Assembly (NCBI GenBank): GCA_051294375.1
Contig: CM119265.1
Location: 2,208,311-2,272,310, forward strand
Direction of reading: 5' to 3'
Length of the DNA: 64,000 nt
Source of the DNA: Paraspadella gotoi
Lineage: Eukaryota > Animalia > Chaetognatha
Shown here: piece by piece, positions 13,495-27,189 of the stretch
How the letters are laid out: every line of letters begins with the position of its first letter
Numbering within the stretch: position 1 is the stretch's first letter
Translations under genes and position numbers: made by a program
The notes under the pieces: generated by a model
The model's input: only the letters and a program-made list of their open reading frames with translations
Told to the model about the DNA's origin: nothing
Database searches by the model: none

Positions 13495-13820
13495 AGTTTA
13501 GGGATTAGTTTACCATTGATTTAGGGATTAGAGCTAAGGATTAGGGCTAATGTTTATAGTAGGGATTGAGGAGAAGGGATTAAGGCTAAGGATAGGAAAG
13601 GAATTAGGGTTAAGGAATAAGGGCTAGGATTAGGCCTAAGGATTAAGGTTAAGGATTAGGGCTAGGGTTTAGGCTAGGGATTAGGGCATAGGCATTAAGG
13701 CTAAGGATTAGCGGCAAGCATTAGGGTAAGGATAAGGCTAGGGATTAGGGCTAAGGATTAGGGGTTAATATTAGAGATTAAGGTTAGGGTTTTGGAATTA
13801 AGAGTAGAGGATTAGGATGG
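13495..13820 (+). repeat. Degenerate interstitial TTAGGG-like tract (TTAGGG/CTAAGG/ATTAGG mixture)
   Basis: Alternating GATTAGGGCTAAG-type units; duplicate at ~17820-18140. A short complementary tract lies at ~11195-11250. Confidence 0.8.
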
Positions 13821-14456
13821 AGTCAAGAATTCTGGTTATGGAATAGGTGAAAGATCTGGTAGAGTATTATTGTTAAAAATTAAGATAAGACATTAAGAAT
13901 GTGACTTTCCCTTCCAGAAATGGATTATTAGAATTATAATGATAAGTAAAAAATTTTTAAAGAAAGCAATACATATATATTTAAAGAATATAGATTAAAT
14001 AGTAAATCCTTCATAAAAATATAATAATAGAAATAGTGAAACAAGTAATTTGCAAATTTTCATAAATAGAGAAATTTTTCCTAAAACGAGGTTTACTGAG
14101 GCGACAATTGGAAAAGCTCTGGCTTCTCAAGGAAATGTTGTGCTCGAGGATAAAACGGCTTCTCAAGTAGAAAAATAATAGAGAGAGTCTCTCAGTAAAG
14201 AATTTCTTTTATAAAATATTCAGGGGAAAATCTCAGGTCGCGTGAAGGGAACGAGTTTGTGAATAGGGAAAACTATGGCAACAAAGGATGGCAATTTGCA
14301 AACGTTGGGGAAGAGATGACGAATTGGAGGGCTTCAAAGGATGGTATAGCTGTAAAAAGACGGCCATAAAGAGAGTATAAAATGATGGCTTTTAGAGTTT
14401 GAAGTGGATGTTAGTGTAAGATGTAAATGAGACAAGAAGAAAAAACAATACTTTCT

Positions 14457-14700
14457 TTTCATACAATTTGAAACTATTTTGAAAATATTTATACCATCAT
14501 TGATAAAAAAGCCAGTACTTGGCAGTGAATAAACGAGACTGTGGAGAGAGTCTTGATTGAAAGCTTGCAGGGACCTGCTATGTCATTATCTTGGTAGAGT
14601 GATGGAGGCCTTAAACACCAAAGCTGTCCAAAGGTCAGGGGAAAGATAAGCTTATTTATTAAAATGAATGGATAATTTTTATATGTGGTTGTACTATTTC
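14457..14700 (+). mobile_element. Interspersed repeat family A (unclassified, ~200-300 bp), locus 1
   Basis: Core GAAAGCTTGCAGGGACCTGCTATGTCATTATCTTG..GAGTGATGGAGGCC. The duplicate of this locus is at ~18770-19015. Confidence 0.8.
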
Positions 14701-15919
14701 CAAAAAGGTTCGTGGAGATTTATTTTTGAAACTGAGATGGATGTGAGAGTTAAAAGTATACATGATTAAATCTTAATAATTGAAGATAAATGATTATAGA
14801 GAGACTTTTCCTTAGTCGGGATCGTTTAATTCATGTTTGAAAAGTCGTACGCATAGTTTTTCCATCCTAGGATCATTTGTTTTGGACGATGGAGTGCAGG
14901 TAAAGAAAGAAAACACAAGTTAAGGTTTAAGACGTTTTAGATATTTTTTTATTTTTAATTTAAAAACAAAATATCATCTAAGGGAGATTTTTGTTCAATT
15001 TTCAAAAATCGAATCTTTCGATGACGATGTTTAAGTTAGAAGCGATTGATAATCCGCGACGAATTGGACTTTGACGCTGATTTTTGAATCTCTCTCTGCG
15101 TCTCCTGCTCTGCTCTCGTCTGCTCGTCTCTCGTCTGCTCTCTCTCTCGTCTCTCTCTCTCCTCTCTCGGTCCGCTCCTGTCTCTCTCTCGCGTTCTCGT
15201 TTGAAAAAGAATAGCATTATTTTTAAAAACGAGCTTGCTTTCGTGTACATTAACATACTGTCACAGAACAGATTTTCTGAGCTACATAAAAAGAGAATAT
15301 CTTGCAATAAATTGATTTATAGCAACGCAAATGTTTTTAATAGAGTAATATTATTATCATTAGAAATGTTTGAAATACAAATTCATATCATAATCAGAAC
15401 GAATTGTACTATGTAAGTATGATTGTCATAAAGAATTCATTCCTGGCCTCATTGTTCAAAATGGAGAACAGCAGACATTGATATGTTAAGATTTTTTTAC
15501 GAAAATAACATCATACTCTAACATGTAGTATACGTGAATAATATAAACAATAATGGTCAAATTACAGCGAAAAAAACATCATACGAAATGCATGTATATG
15601 ACGAACAATTTTTATATTCATATACAGGGTATTTAAGTACTACAGCTAAAATATACTTTAATTCTCGACCTCATGGTCCGAAGAATATATAGACGCAAAC
15701 GACTTCTACATGTGGTCGACAGTTAGAGTTGCGGACCGTTCCCTTTGCGGCGCAAACCTTCTCCCCGTCTGGGCGTCTGAGTTGGAGGAGACCGGTGTGG
15801 GTCCTTCAGCATTCTGATTGACGAGAAGAAAGAGGCCGTCCCCTGGTGCTGTCGCAGATTTGTCTGGCAATTGGAAAGGGAGAAAATGACCGAATTCGAA
15901 ACTCGGTGAGGGGAGAGAG

Positions 15920-15971
<52 letters not shown>

Positions 15972-18900
15972 AGAGAGAGAAAGTGGGAAGGAGAGCAGAT
16001 GCCGTGAATCGTATCCGGCAATGTGAAGATGCAAAGGGTGGTGAGAAAGCTGACAATCAACGACCAGTCGGTGATTCAACATAACGGCGTGAATGTTTTA
16101 GAGGAAATAAAGAAAATTAAGTGTTTTTTTTCGCATTAAACTCTAATTGATAAAATACAATTGGATATTGCTTGAGTGAATTTTTGGGCTAATAATTAAA
16201 GAACAATGCAAGAGTAAGTTTTCGATTCTAATTTACCTTCAATTGTTTTTATGTCGGAATCTGCCTGGCCATAATAATTCACTTTGTCGTGTATGTCTGT
16301 CCCAAAATCTTAATTGGTAAGTCACTTAGATGCACCGTCAGAAGCATCGAATGTATGGATAATTATTGCAAAAAAATAAATCTGAGCGTCTGTCCTGTTT
16401 ATCCGTCGGTCGATCCCGCGTAAGCATTAAACTCGAATTACTCGTGGATTGATGATAGATTGGATTGGATGAAATATTCTTGTGTGTGGTGGAAGTGTGG
16501 TGATTGAAAGTTGGGATATAAAGTTTTAGCCTCCTTTCCGTCCCCAGTGGATGAATGTGATTGTCACAGAAGGCCGCTTTTATCAGTTCTTCCGCTCGCA
16601 GTAGGATTGTGATCGAAAACGCGGACTTGAAAAGTGACAGAGGAACGTGGACTAATCTTTTTGGGTGGAGGCGAGGGTATTTCATTTGGTGGAGCGAGTA
16701 TTTCCAAATTTTGTGGAACGAAAGGTATTGTCCATTTGGTCGGAGCGAGACATTAATCACTTGAGCCGAAAATTAGACTCAATTTAAATCGAAGAAGAAA
16801 GTTTATTTTTTTTTTTATTTAAACAAAAAACGGATTTCAAGTGACTGGAGCGAATGAAAATTTTAAATCGAACTTTTTGCTGTGAAGCGAAAGGGCTTCT
16901 CTTCGTTGGCAGCGAAGTGCGTTTTAGAGTACGGCAATGTTATTTTTGATGGAGGCATGAGCGTTTTTATCGGAAAAGTCATTTCTTTTCGCGAAGATGC
17001 GCGCGTGACGGAGAAAATTTATTTTATACAGTATTGAACTTTCGAATACTGGGTATCTTCGTTTCCGACAGAGCCGCAGTTCTGTCGTCGATCGCAGATC
17101 GCGCAGCTTCGATTACTAGTGTACGAGTATTGAGCTAGGGATTGTACAGGACGTGAAAATAGAAGTTAACCTTAGGTTTGGAGTGGGTCCTTCTCTCCTT
17201 CTTTCCTTTCATAATGCTCTCTTCCTTTTTTCTTTTCTTCCTTTCCTTTTTTTTTCTTTCTTTCCTTCTTTCCTTCCTTCTGGATCTCTATCTACAAAAA
17301 TCAACAACAACAACAATAATAACAACAACAACAACTGTTTCCCTTCCCTTCCGTCGATTTCTATGACGTGGTGAGGTTTTAATGGGCCTCGGTTTTGGAG
17401 TCACAGAAATTGTGTTCCTGAATTCGGGATGTGGGTGAATTAGGGATGAGGGTGAATTCGGGATGTGGGTGAATTCGGGATGTGGGTGATGCACGGATGT
17501 GGGCGACGCTGGGGTGAGTGAGAAGTGGTTGATTCCCCAGGGTATTGGTTGTGTCCTGATCCTGACAGGAATAGCAATGGAGAATGTATGTAGTTGACTC
17601 TGAATATGATGGATGAGGAGGCAGAATTAGCAAAAAAAGCAAAAAAAGCAAAATAAAGCAAAAAAATAGGACAGCGGTGATAAGCAAAATATGGCGTTAA
17701 TATTTTCCGAACGTCTCTCATTTTTTAACTTAGGTTGAAAATTAATTTTTTTTTTTTTTTAGTTTAAAGATTAAGTGAAGAATTAAGGTTGGGTATAAGC
17801 CTTAAGGTAATGGATTAAAGTTTAGGGATTAGGTTAACCATTGATTTAGGGATTAGAGCTAAGGATTAGGGCTAATGTTTATAGTAGGGATTAGGAATAG
17901 GGATTAAGGCTAAGGATTAGGGAAAGGATTAGGGTTAAGGATAAGGGCTAGGGATTAGGCCTAAGGATTAAGGTTAAGGATTAGGGCTAGGGTTTAAGGC
18001 TAGGGATTAGGGCTAGGCATTAAGGCTAAGGATTAGGGCAAGCATTAGGGTTAAGGATAAGGGCTAGGGATTAGGGCTAAGGATTAGGGGTTAATATTAG
18101 AGATTAAGGTTAGGGTTTTGGAATTAGAGTAGAGGATTAGGATGGAGTCAAGAATTCTGGTTATGGAATAGGTGAAAGATCTGGTAGAGTATTATTGTTA
18201 AAATTAAGATAAGACATTAAGAAATTGACTTCCCCTTCCCAAAATGAATTATTAGATATAATGATAAGTAAAAAATTTTTAAGAAAGCAATACATATATA
18301 TTTAAAGAATATAGATTAAATAGTAAATCCTTCATAAAATATAAAAATAGAAAATAGTGAAACAAGTAATTTGCAAATTTTCATAAATAGAGAAATTTTC
18401 CTAAAAACGAGGTTTACGAAGGCGACAATTGGAAAAGCTCTGGCTTCTCAAGGAAATGTTGTGCTCGAGAATAAACGGCTTCTCAAGTAGAAAATATAGA
18501 GAGAGTCTCTCAGTAAAGAATTTCTTATAAAATATTCAGGGGAAAATCTCAGGTCGCGTGAAGGGAACGAGATTGTGAATAGGGAAACTATGGCAACAAA
18601 GATGGCAATTTGCAAACGTTGGGGAAGAAGATGACGAATTGGAGGGCTTCAAAGATGGTATACTGTACAAAGACGGCCATAAAGAGAGTATAAAATGATG
18701 GCTTTAGAGTTTGAAGTGGATGTTAGTGTAAGATGTAAATGAGACAAGAAGAAAAAAACAATACTTTCTTTTCATACAATTGAAACCTATTTTGAAATAT
18801 TATACCAATTCATTGATAAAAAAGCCAGTAACTCTGGCAGTGAATAAACGAGACTGTGAGAGAGTCTTGATTGAAAGCTTGCAGGGACCTGCTATGTCAT

Positions 18901-19917
18901 TATCTTGTAAGAGTGATGGAGGCCTTAAACCACCAAAGCCTGTCCAAAGTCAGGGGAAAGATAGCTTATTTATTAAATGAATGGATAATTTTTATATTGG
19001 TTGTACCTATTTCACAAAACAGTTCGTGGAGATTTATTTTGAAACTAAGATGGATGTAGTTAAATATAAATGATTAAATATTAATAATTGAAGATAAATG
19101 ATTATAAGAGACTTTTCTTAGTCGGTCGTTTATTCATTTTGAAGTCGACGCATAGTTTCCATCCATGGATCATTTGTTTTGACGAATGGATGCAGTAAAA
19201 AAGAAAACAAAGTTAAGTTTAACGTTTTAATTTTTTAATTTTTTAATTTAAAACAAAATATCATCTAAGGGAGATTTTTTCAAATTTCAAAATCGAATCT
19301 TTCGATGACGATGTTTAAGTTAAACGATTGGATAATCCCGACAATTGTGACTTGAACCTGATTTTGATCTCTCTCTGCGTCTCTCTGCTCTGTCTGCTCG
19401 TCGTGCTCGTCCTCGTCTGCTCTCTCGTCTCGCTCTCATCTCTCCTCTCTCGGTCCAGTCGCTGCTCTTCTCGCGTTCCGTTGAAAAAGAATAGCATTAT
19501 TTTTAAAACGAGCTTGCTTGCGTGTACATTAAACATAACTGTCACAAACAGATTTTCTGACATAAAAAGAAAATATTCTTTCAATAAATGATTTATACAA
19601 CCAAATGTTTTTTGAATAGATCAATATTATATAAATGTTTGAATACAAATTCATACATAATCTAACGAATTGTACATGTAAGTATATTGTATAAAGAATT
19701 CATTCCTCCTCATTGTCAAAATGGAGAACAGCAGACATTGATATTTAAGATTTTTTTAGAAAATAGCATCATACTAAACATGTAGTAATACGGAATAATA
19801 TAAACAATAATGTCAAATTACAGAAAAAATAATTCATACGACATGATGTATAACAATTTTATATTCATATCACAATATTTAATACTACAACTAAAATATA
19901 CTTTATTCTCGACTCTC

Positions 19918-20056
19918 ATTGGTCCAAGAATATAGACGCAAGCGACTTCCTCATTGGTCGACCATAGAGTTGCGACGCGTTCCCATTGGCCGAAAAGCTT
20001 CTCCCCGTCTGAGGCGTCTGATTGGAGGAGACGTGTGCGCTTAGCATTCTGATTGG
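19918..20056. promoter_or_regulatory. Array of five regularly spaced CCAAT (ATTGG) boxes
   Basis: ATTGG starts at 19918, 19953, 19985, 20021 and 20052 (spacings 35, 32, 36, 31 bp) in a CpG-containing island next to AT-rich DNA. An error-degraded copy lies at ~15670-15820. Confidence 0.55.
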
Positions 20057-20142
20057 ACGAGAAGAACGAGGCCCCCGTGTGTCTGTCGCAGATGTTGTCG
20101 GCACTTGAAAGGAGACAAATGACCAATTCGAAACTCGGTGAG

Positions 20143-20199
<57 letters not shown>

Positions 20200-20827
20200 A
20201 AGGAGACAGATGCCGTGATCGTTATCCGGCAATGTGAAGATGCAAAGGGCTGTGAGAAACTGACAATCACACTCAGTCGGTGATTCACATTAACCGTGAA
20301 TGTTTTAGAGGAAATAAAGAAAATTAGTGTTTTTTTCCATTAAACTACTAATTGATAAAATACAATTGGATATTCTTAGTGAATTTTTGGGCTAAATTAA
20401 AGAACATGCAAGATAACTTTCGATTCTAATTTACCTTTTCAATTTTTTTAGTCGGATCTCCTGGCCATATAATTCACTTTGTCGGTATGTCTGTCCCAAA
20501 ATCTTATTGGTAAGTCACTTAGATCACGTCAGAACATCGAATTATGATAAATTATGCAAAAAAATAAATCGACGTCTGTCTGTTTATCCGTCGGTCCATC
20601 CCCGTTAGCATTAAACTCGAATTACTCGTGATTGGATATAGATGGATTGGAATGAAATTTTGTGTGTGGGTAGGAAAGTGTGTGATTGAATTGGATATAA
20701 AGTTTAGCTCCTTTCGTCCCCAGTGATGAATGTGATGTCACAAGCCCTTATCAGTTCTCCGTCCAGTAGGATTGTGATCGAAAACCGGACTGAAAAGTGA
20801 CAAGGAAACGTGGACTATCTTTTTGGG

Positions 20828-20907
20828 GTGGAGCGAGGGTATTTCATTTGGTGGAGCGAGGGTATTTCATTTTGTGGAACGAAGGTATTTCATTTGGTGG
20901 AGCGAGA
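20828..20907. repeat. 23-bp minisatellite GTGGAGCGAGGGTATTTCATTTG, ~3.5 units
   Basis: Directly visible. Scattered GGAGCGAA relics continue to ~21105; duplicate at ~16664-16750. Confidence 0.85.
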
Positions 20908-21678
20908 CATTTAATCACTTGGAGCGAAAAATTAGACTCAATTTAAATTCGAAGAAAAAGTTTATTTTTTTTTATATTTAAAAAAACGGATTTCATTGAC
21001 TGGAGCGAATGAAAATTTTAATCGAACTTTTCTGGAGCGAAAGGGCTTTCTCTTCGTTGGAGCGAAGTCGTTTTAGAGTAGCGGCAATTTATTTTTGATG
21101 GAGCAGTGGCGTTTTTATCGGAAAAGTCATTTTCTTTCTCGCGAAGATGACGCGCGTGACGGAGAAAATTTATTTTTACAGTATTAACTTTCGATACTGT
21201 ATTTTCTTTCGATCCACTCGATACTGTGTAGAGTATTGAGTATTGCTTTTTTTTTCACTAATCATTTTTTTAAAAAATTTCTTTTTTTTAATTAGCGTTT
21301 TCGCCATCTTATTTTTCATCTTCCGATTTAAAAAAAAGAGTCGATATTAACCAGAGAACAAATTCCACCCACCCACCCCAAAAAATCCCCACCCATTCCA
21401 CCCACCCCCAAATCCACCCACCCAACCCACTCCCAAACCTTGAGTAACTTTACTCTTTTCACGTCGTNNNNNNNNNNNNNNNNNNNNNNNNNNNNNNNNN
21501 NNNNNNNNNNNNNNNNNNNNNNNNNNNNNNNNNNNNNNNNNNNNNNNNNNNNNNNNNNNNNNNNNNNNNNNNNNNNNNNNNNNNNNNNNNNNNNNNNNNN
21601 NNNNNNNNNNNNNNNNNNNNNNNNNNNNNNNNNNNNNNNNNNNNNNNNNNNNNNNNNNNNNNNNNNNNNNNNNNNNNN

Positions 21679-21714
<36 letters not shown>

Positions 21715-22384
21715 TCTAATTTCTACCGGCAGCCATTCTCGAAAATCCGTCTGGCCACCGAGATTAAGTTGAGATAATTGTTTACATTAATTGTTTATAT
21801 TATTTGTTTACATTAAGTTGGGAACAATCGTCCAAAGATAAAATTACTTCTTATCTTGCAAAATATAAAAAAAGGCAAGGGTATAAGGAATAAGAAATGG
21901 CATAGAGTAAAGGGAAAAGGGAAGAAATGGAAAATTATAAAATGGATGTGGAAAAAGGAGAGGAAGAGGAAAAAGGAGGAAAAACATTTTGAAAGAAAAA
22001 AGGGAAGAAATGGAAAAAGGAGAAAAAGGGAGGAAAAGAAGAACTAACAAAACGGAAAAAGGGAGAAAAAGAGAGAAAAAAAAAGGAAAAAATGGAAAAA
22101 GGAAAAAATGGAAAAAGGAGAAAAAGAGAGGAAANNNNNNNNNNNNNNNNNNNNNNNNNNNNNNNNNNNNNNNNNNNNNNNNNNNNNNNNNNNNNNNNNN
22201 NNNNNNNNNNNNNNNNNNNNNNNNNNNNNNNNNNNNNNNNNNNNNNNNNNNNNNNNNNNNNNNNNNNNNNNNNNNNNNNNNNNNNNNNNNNNNNNNNNNN
22301 NNNNNNNNNNNNNNNNNNNNNNNNNNNNNNNNNNNNNNNNNNNNNNNNNNNNNNNNNNNNNNNNNNNNNNNNNNNNNNNNNNNN

Positions 22385-22469
22385 AAAAAAAGAAAAAAAG
22401 AAGAAAAAACTGGTGCAGAAAAAAAGAAAAGAAGACGAAGGAAAAGTAATCAACGTTATCGGAAAAGCT

Positions 22470-22507
<38 letters not shown>

Positions 22508-23098
22508 NNNNNNNNNNNNNNNNNNNNNNNNNNNNNNNNNNNNNNNNNNNNNNNNNNNNNNNNNNNNNNNNNNNNNNNNNNNNNNNNNNNNNNNNNNNNN
22601 NNNNNNNNNNNNNNNNNNNNNNNNNNNNNNNNNNNNNNNNNNNNNNNNNNNNNNNNNNNNNNNNNNNNNNNNNNNNNNNNNNNNNNNNNNNNNNNNNNNN
22701 NNNNNNNNNNNNNNNNNNNNNNNNNNNNNNNNNNNNNNNNNNNNNNNNNNNNNNNNNNNNNNNNNNNNNNNNNNNNNNNNNNNNNNNNNAATCTGGAACC
22801 GCACGACGTTCTGCCTGCAATCAGGTTTCGCGTTGAAGCGACGGATGAAGTTCAGATGATGGAGGAAGATTATTTGTCCCTTTAACACTAAATATTTATT
22901 TTAAAAGGAAACATTTATTATTATTTTGCATTATTATCTAAATTTTGAAATAAGATATATGAACTTGAGTAGTAAAATTTTGTCTTAATATAGATATTTC
23001 CATACTTTTATAATTATTTTTTTCTAAAAAGAAAAAAAAATCTTTAAGAAATTTTTTTGCAGAATCTTTCTTGGTCATCTCGTGAATAGTCATTAAAT

Positions 23099-23134
<36 letters not shown>

Positions 23135-23973
23135 NNNNNNNNNNNNNNNNNNNNNNNNNNNNNNNNNNNNNNNNNNNNNNNNNNNNNNNNNNNNNNNNNN
23201 NNNNNNNNNNNNNNNNNNNNNNNNNNNNNNNNNNNNNNNNNNNNNNNNNNNNNNNNNNNNNNNNNNNNNNNNNNNNNNNNNNNNNNNNNNNTCCTAGATT
23301 TTTTTTTTGCGGCAAAAAATGAGAGAAAATGATTTTGTAAAAAAAATATCACGTTTCTTTTGATTCCTCTTCTTTTCTACAACGTCTCATTTTTTTTAAT
23401 GAAATATATTTGTAGTTTGTATTTTAATTAATGATATTTTTTCCGTTCGTGGTTTATTTTTTGCCCCCAAAAATTGAGTCACGAAGAGAGAAGCCGAAAC
23501 TGTGGACTCCATATGGATTCGTGAAGCCGCTCTCTCTCTCNNNNNNNNNNNNNNNNNNNNNNNNNNNNNNNNNNNNNNNNNNNNNNNNNNNNNNNNNNNN
23601 NNNNNNNNNNNNNNNNNNNNNNNNNNNNNNNNNNNNNNNNNNNNNNNNNNNNNNNNNNNNNNNNNNNNNNNNNNNNNNNNNNNNNNNNNNNNNNNNNNNN
23701 NNNNNNNNNNNNNNNNNNNNNNNNNNNNNNNNNNNNNNNNNNNNNNNNNNNNNNNNNNNNNNNNNNNNNNNCGATTATGAAGCAGTTAACCGCGCTGACG
23801 GAAAATTGATGATGGTTATAGAAATTGATGCATCTTGGTTATTGTCGTCGTCGTCGTTGTAAACGTCGTNNNNNNNNNNNNNNNNNNNNNNNNNTAAAAA
23901 GAATAGGGAAATAACATCCCTGCGGAAGAAAAGAAAGAAAAAAAGAAAAAAAAAAAAAAAAAAAAAGAAGGAG

Positions 23974-24025
<52 letters not shown>

Positions 24026-24178
24026 AGAAAAAAAAAAAGGAAAAAAAAAGAAAAGAAAAAAAAAAAAAAAAAAAAAAGAAAAACAAAAAAAAAAAAAAAA
24101 CAAAAAAGAAGAAAAAGGAAAAAAAGAGAGAGAAAAACGAAAAAAAAAAAAAAAAAAAGAAGAAAAAAATTAAAAAAA

Positions 24179-24224
<46 letters not shown>

Positions 24225-26161
24225 GGAAGCGAAAAAAAAAAAACACTGTGTGCAGAAAAATAAGAAAGGAAAAGGAAGGCTACCGAAATAGCATGGAAAA
24301 AGTAATCAACGTTTTCGGAAAAGGAGAGAACTGACGTTGAGAGAGGCGAGACGAGGGGAGAGAGGAGAGAGAGACTGAGAACGATGGATGAGGAGAGAGG
24401 AAGAACGAGTGGTGAGAGAGAGAGACATGACTGAAAAAAAAAAAAGAGGGCGAACCGTGGAAAGAAAACAAAGAAAAGATGCTATACATAAAAAGCAACA
24501 ACAGAGGAGGGAAGAAAGAGAGGAAGAGAGAAAGAGAGTGAGAAAAGGAGAGAGAAAGAGCGAGAGAAGATGAGGAGATGAGGAGAGTTGAAGAGAGGAG
24601 ACCGATCGGGAGACGTAAGATCAGATAGAGCATGAGAGAGGAGGAGGTATTCGCAGGAGAGAGATGATGAGAGAAAGATGAGAGAAGAGAGAAAAAAAAG
24701 AGAGGGATAGATGACAACGAGCAGAGATGAGGTTTAGATCTGGAAAACCCGCCACGACTCGTTCTTGCCTTGTGCAATCAGGTTTTCGCCCCGTTGAAGC
24801 GACGTCCGGCTCATGAAATGTTCAGATGGTATTGGCAGGAAGATTATTTGTCCCTTTAACACTAAAATATTTATTTTAAAAAGGAAACATTTATTATATT
24901 TTTGCATTATTATCTAAATTTGAAATAAGATATATGTAGTCGGCATTGCCCAGGTTCACCCCGCCAGTAGACATCAGTGACGCTTTCAAGTTTGACCGGG
25001 CGCTCACTTGAGTAAAAGCCATCAGCTCATGACCCACTACGTAACCGCGTTCAATCAATTCCCAACCTCTTGGTACCTATCCTGCACGGAAGCGTCGCAG
25101 CACGGCCCGTAAGCCGCCTTTCGGGGGCATGGCAAAATAACTCCTCAAGCCTGGTTCCAAGGCCCAGGGACCCGTTCCACTGGCTGATTTAGAGGGCGGT
25201 TATTAGAATACGGATCAGGTCATCTTCAGCCCCACGTAGCGCCTTATCCACATATATGAACTTGAGTAGTAGTAAAATTTCTGTCTTAATATAGATATTT
25301 CCATACTATAATTATTTTTTTCTAAAAAGAATAAAAAAAAATCTTTAAGAAATTTTTTTTGCAGATCTTTCTTGGTCATCTCTGAATAGTCATCATTTTA
25401 AATGATGGAGCAGATGAGAGAGCAGACGGACGAAGAGACGAGACGAGAGATGAGAGAGGAGAGAGAAGCGGAGACGACGAGTGAGAGAGAGGCGAAAGAA
25501 GGAGAGAAGAGAGAGAGAGAGAGAGAGAGGAATGAGGGACAAGGGACGCATAGATGAGAGGGAGGAGAGAGAGGAGAGAGCAGAAGGAGGCGGGAGGGAG
25601 GCGAGCGAGTCAGCTGGGGGCGTCGAGCCGAAGAAGATAGAGAGAGAGATGGGGAGAGGATGAGACGGAGACCTGAGGAGGGAGAGATGCGCAGGAGCGC
25701 CGAGAGCAGACGAGTCCAGACGCTGGTTTGAGAGAGAGAGATGAGAGGAGATGACGGAGGAGAGGAGAGAGTGCGGAGGAGGCGATAGGACGGACGGAGA
25801 CGAGAGAAGCAGAAGAGAGAGATAATCCGTCAAAGGCAGATAATGAAGACGCGCTCTAGTGAATGAAGTTTTCATGTTTTTTTTATCCAGATTTTTTTTT
25901 TGCGGCAAAAAAAAAAAATGACGAGAAAATGACTTTTGTCTAAAAAAAATTATTCACGTTTCTTTTTGATTCCTCTTCTTTTCCAACGTCTCATTTTTAA
26001 TGAATATATTGTAGTTTGCTATTTTAATTAATGATATTTTTTCCGTCTCGTTGGTTTATTTTTGCCCCCCAAAAATTGAGTCATCGAGGAGAGAAGACCG
26101 AAACTGTGCGACTCCATATGGATTCGTTGAAGCCGCTCTCTCCTCTCGTTCTCTCTCTCTC

Positions 26162-26226
<65 letters not shown>

Positions 26227-26440
26227 ATCCTCTCTCTCTCTCTCCTCTTCTCTCTCTCTCCGATATTTAAACCTGGCTTCCTCGTGGAATCCGAGGACGA
26301 CGACACGGACCGCACGACGACCGACGACGACTCGATTATGCATAGCATGTTAACGCGGCTGAACCGCGAAAAATTGATGAAGGTTATAGAAGAAATTGAT
26401 ATGTCACATCTGCGTTTATTGTCGTCGTCATCGTCGTTCA
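22385..26440 (+). repeat. Duplicated segment: gapped scaffold version (22385-23869) followed by a noisy filled version (24240-26440)
   Basis: Islands such as ATCTGGAACCGCACGACG..., GAAGATTATTTGTCCCTTTAAC and ACTCCATATGGATTCG recur in the same order after the 25-N gap at 23870-23894. Confidence 0.9.
23895..24245. repeat. Poly-A-dominated low-complexity tract
   Basis: Long A runs with sporadic G; probably a noisy rendering of the A/G-rich tract at ~21860-22134. Confidence 0.85.
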
Positions 26441-27189
26441 TCGTTGTCATCGCTCGTTCGTCGTCGTCATCGTCGCGTCATGGATCGAGTCGTCGACTTC
26501 GACGTCTAGTCTCCTGTCAAAGAAGCGTCCTTACTTCTCTCTGTTCCAGAGATTAAGGCTGCCTCAAAACAGGTCAGTCGTCGTGGTCGTTCGTCGTCGC
26601 TCGTCTCGCGTCGCGTCGGTCGTCGTCGTCGGGTCCGTCGGTCGTCGTGTCGTCGTCGTCGTCGTCGATAAGACAGTATTAAGGTTTTGTTGTCGTTGTT
26701 GTTGTTCGTCCGTTGTCGCGTTTCCATTTAATGCGAGAACGGAAAGGCACATGAAGCGAATTTAAAGTCCTCTCTTCTACTCCTCTTCTCTCTCTCTCTC
26801 TCTCTGCTCTCTCTCTCTCTCCGTCTCTTCCTCTCTTCTCTCTCTCTTCTCTCTCTTCTCCTATCCCTCTCTCTACTGTCTTGTTTGATTGATCGTGCTA
26901 CATCCCTCCGTGGTCGGCATATTTGCTGGTCCGGTTATCATCGTCTCGTCCTTTCTGCTTGCCGTACTTAATGGTCGACAGTACTTCCGCACTAGTTACG
27001 CACAGTAACTGTCATCCAACAGTTGGGAGTGAACCCACACGCGCAGTTATTCATTCCGCGTTTGCATCAAGGACATTCGAGCTTAGTCTCAGCTTTCTTT
27101 GAACGTACGCTGACAGATTCAGATGTTATAAGTTAAAAACGAGAAGGATGTTTGTTTAGCTCAGCCGGACTTCCACGTCGGACACCAGA

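Larger units (their letters stand above)
12860..21240 (+). repeat. Tandem duplication of ~4.2 kb (12860-17130 / 17190-21240)
   Basis: Colinear throughout (17-mer array, TTAGGG-like tract, repeat family A, (GA)n, 23-mer array). Differences are mostly 1-nt indels. Confidence 0.95.

Noticed and set aside
13495-13820. True chromosome end
   Set aside because: The tract is internal, short and highly degenerate, with ordinary sequence on both sides.
22790-22885. Short open frame LEPHDVLPAIRFRVEATDEVQMMEEDYLSL* as a terminal exon
   Set aside because: The upstream sequence is purine-rich with no polypyrimidine tract, the antisense frame is equally open, and there is no homologue.
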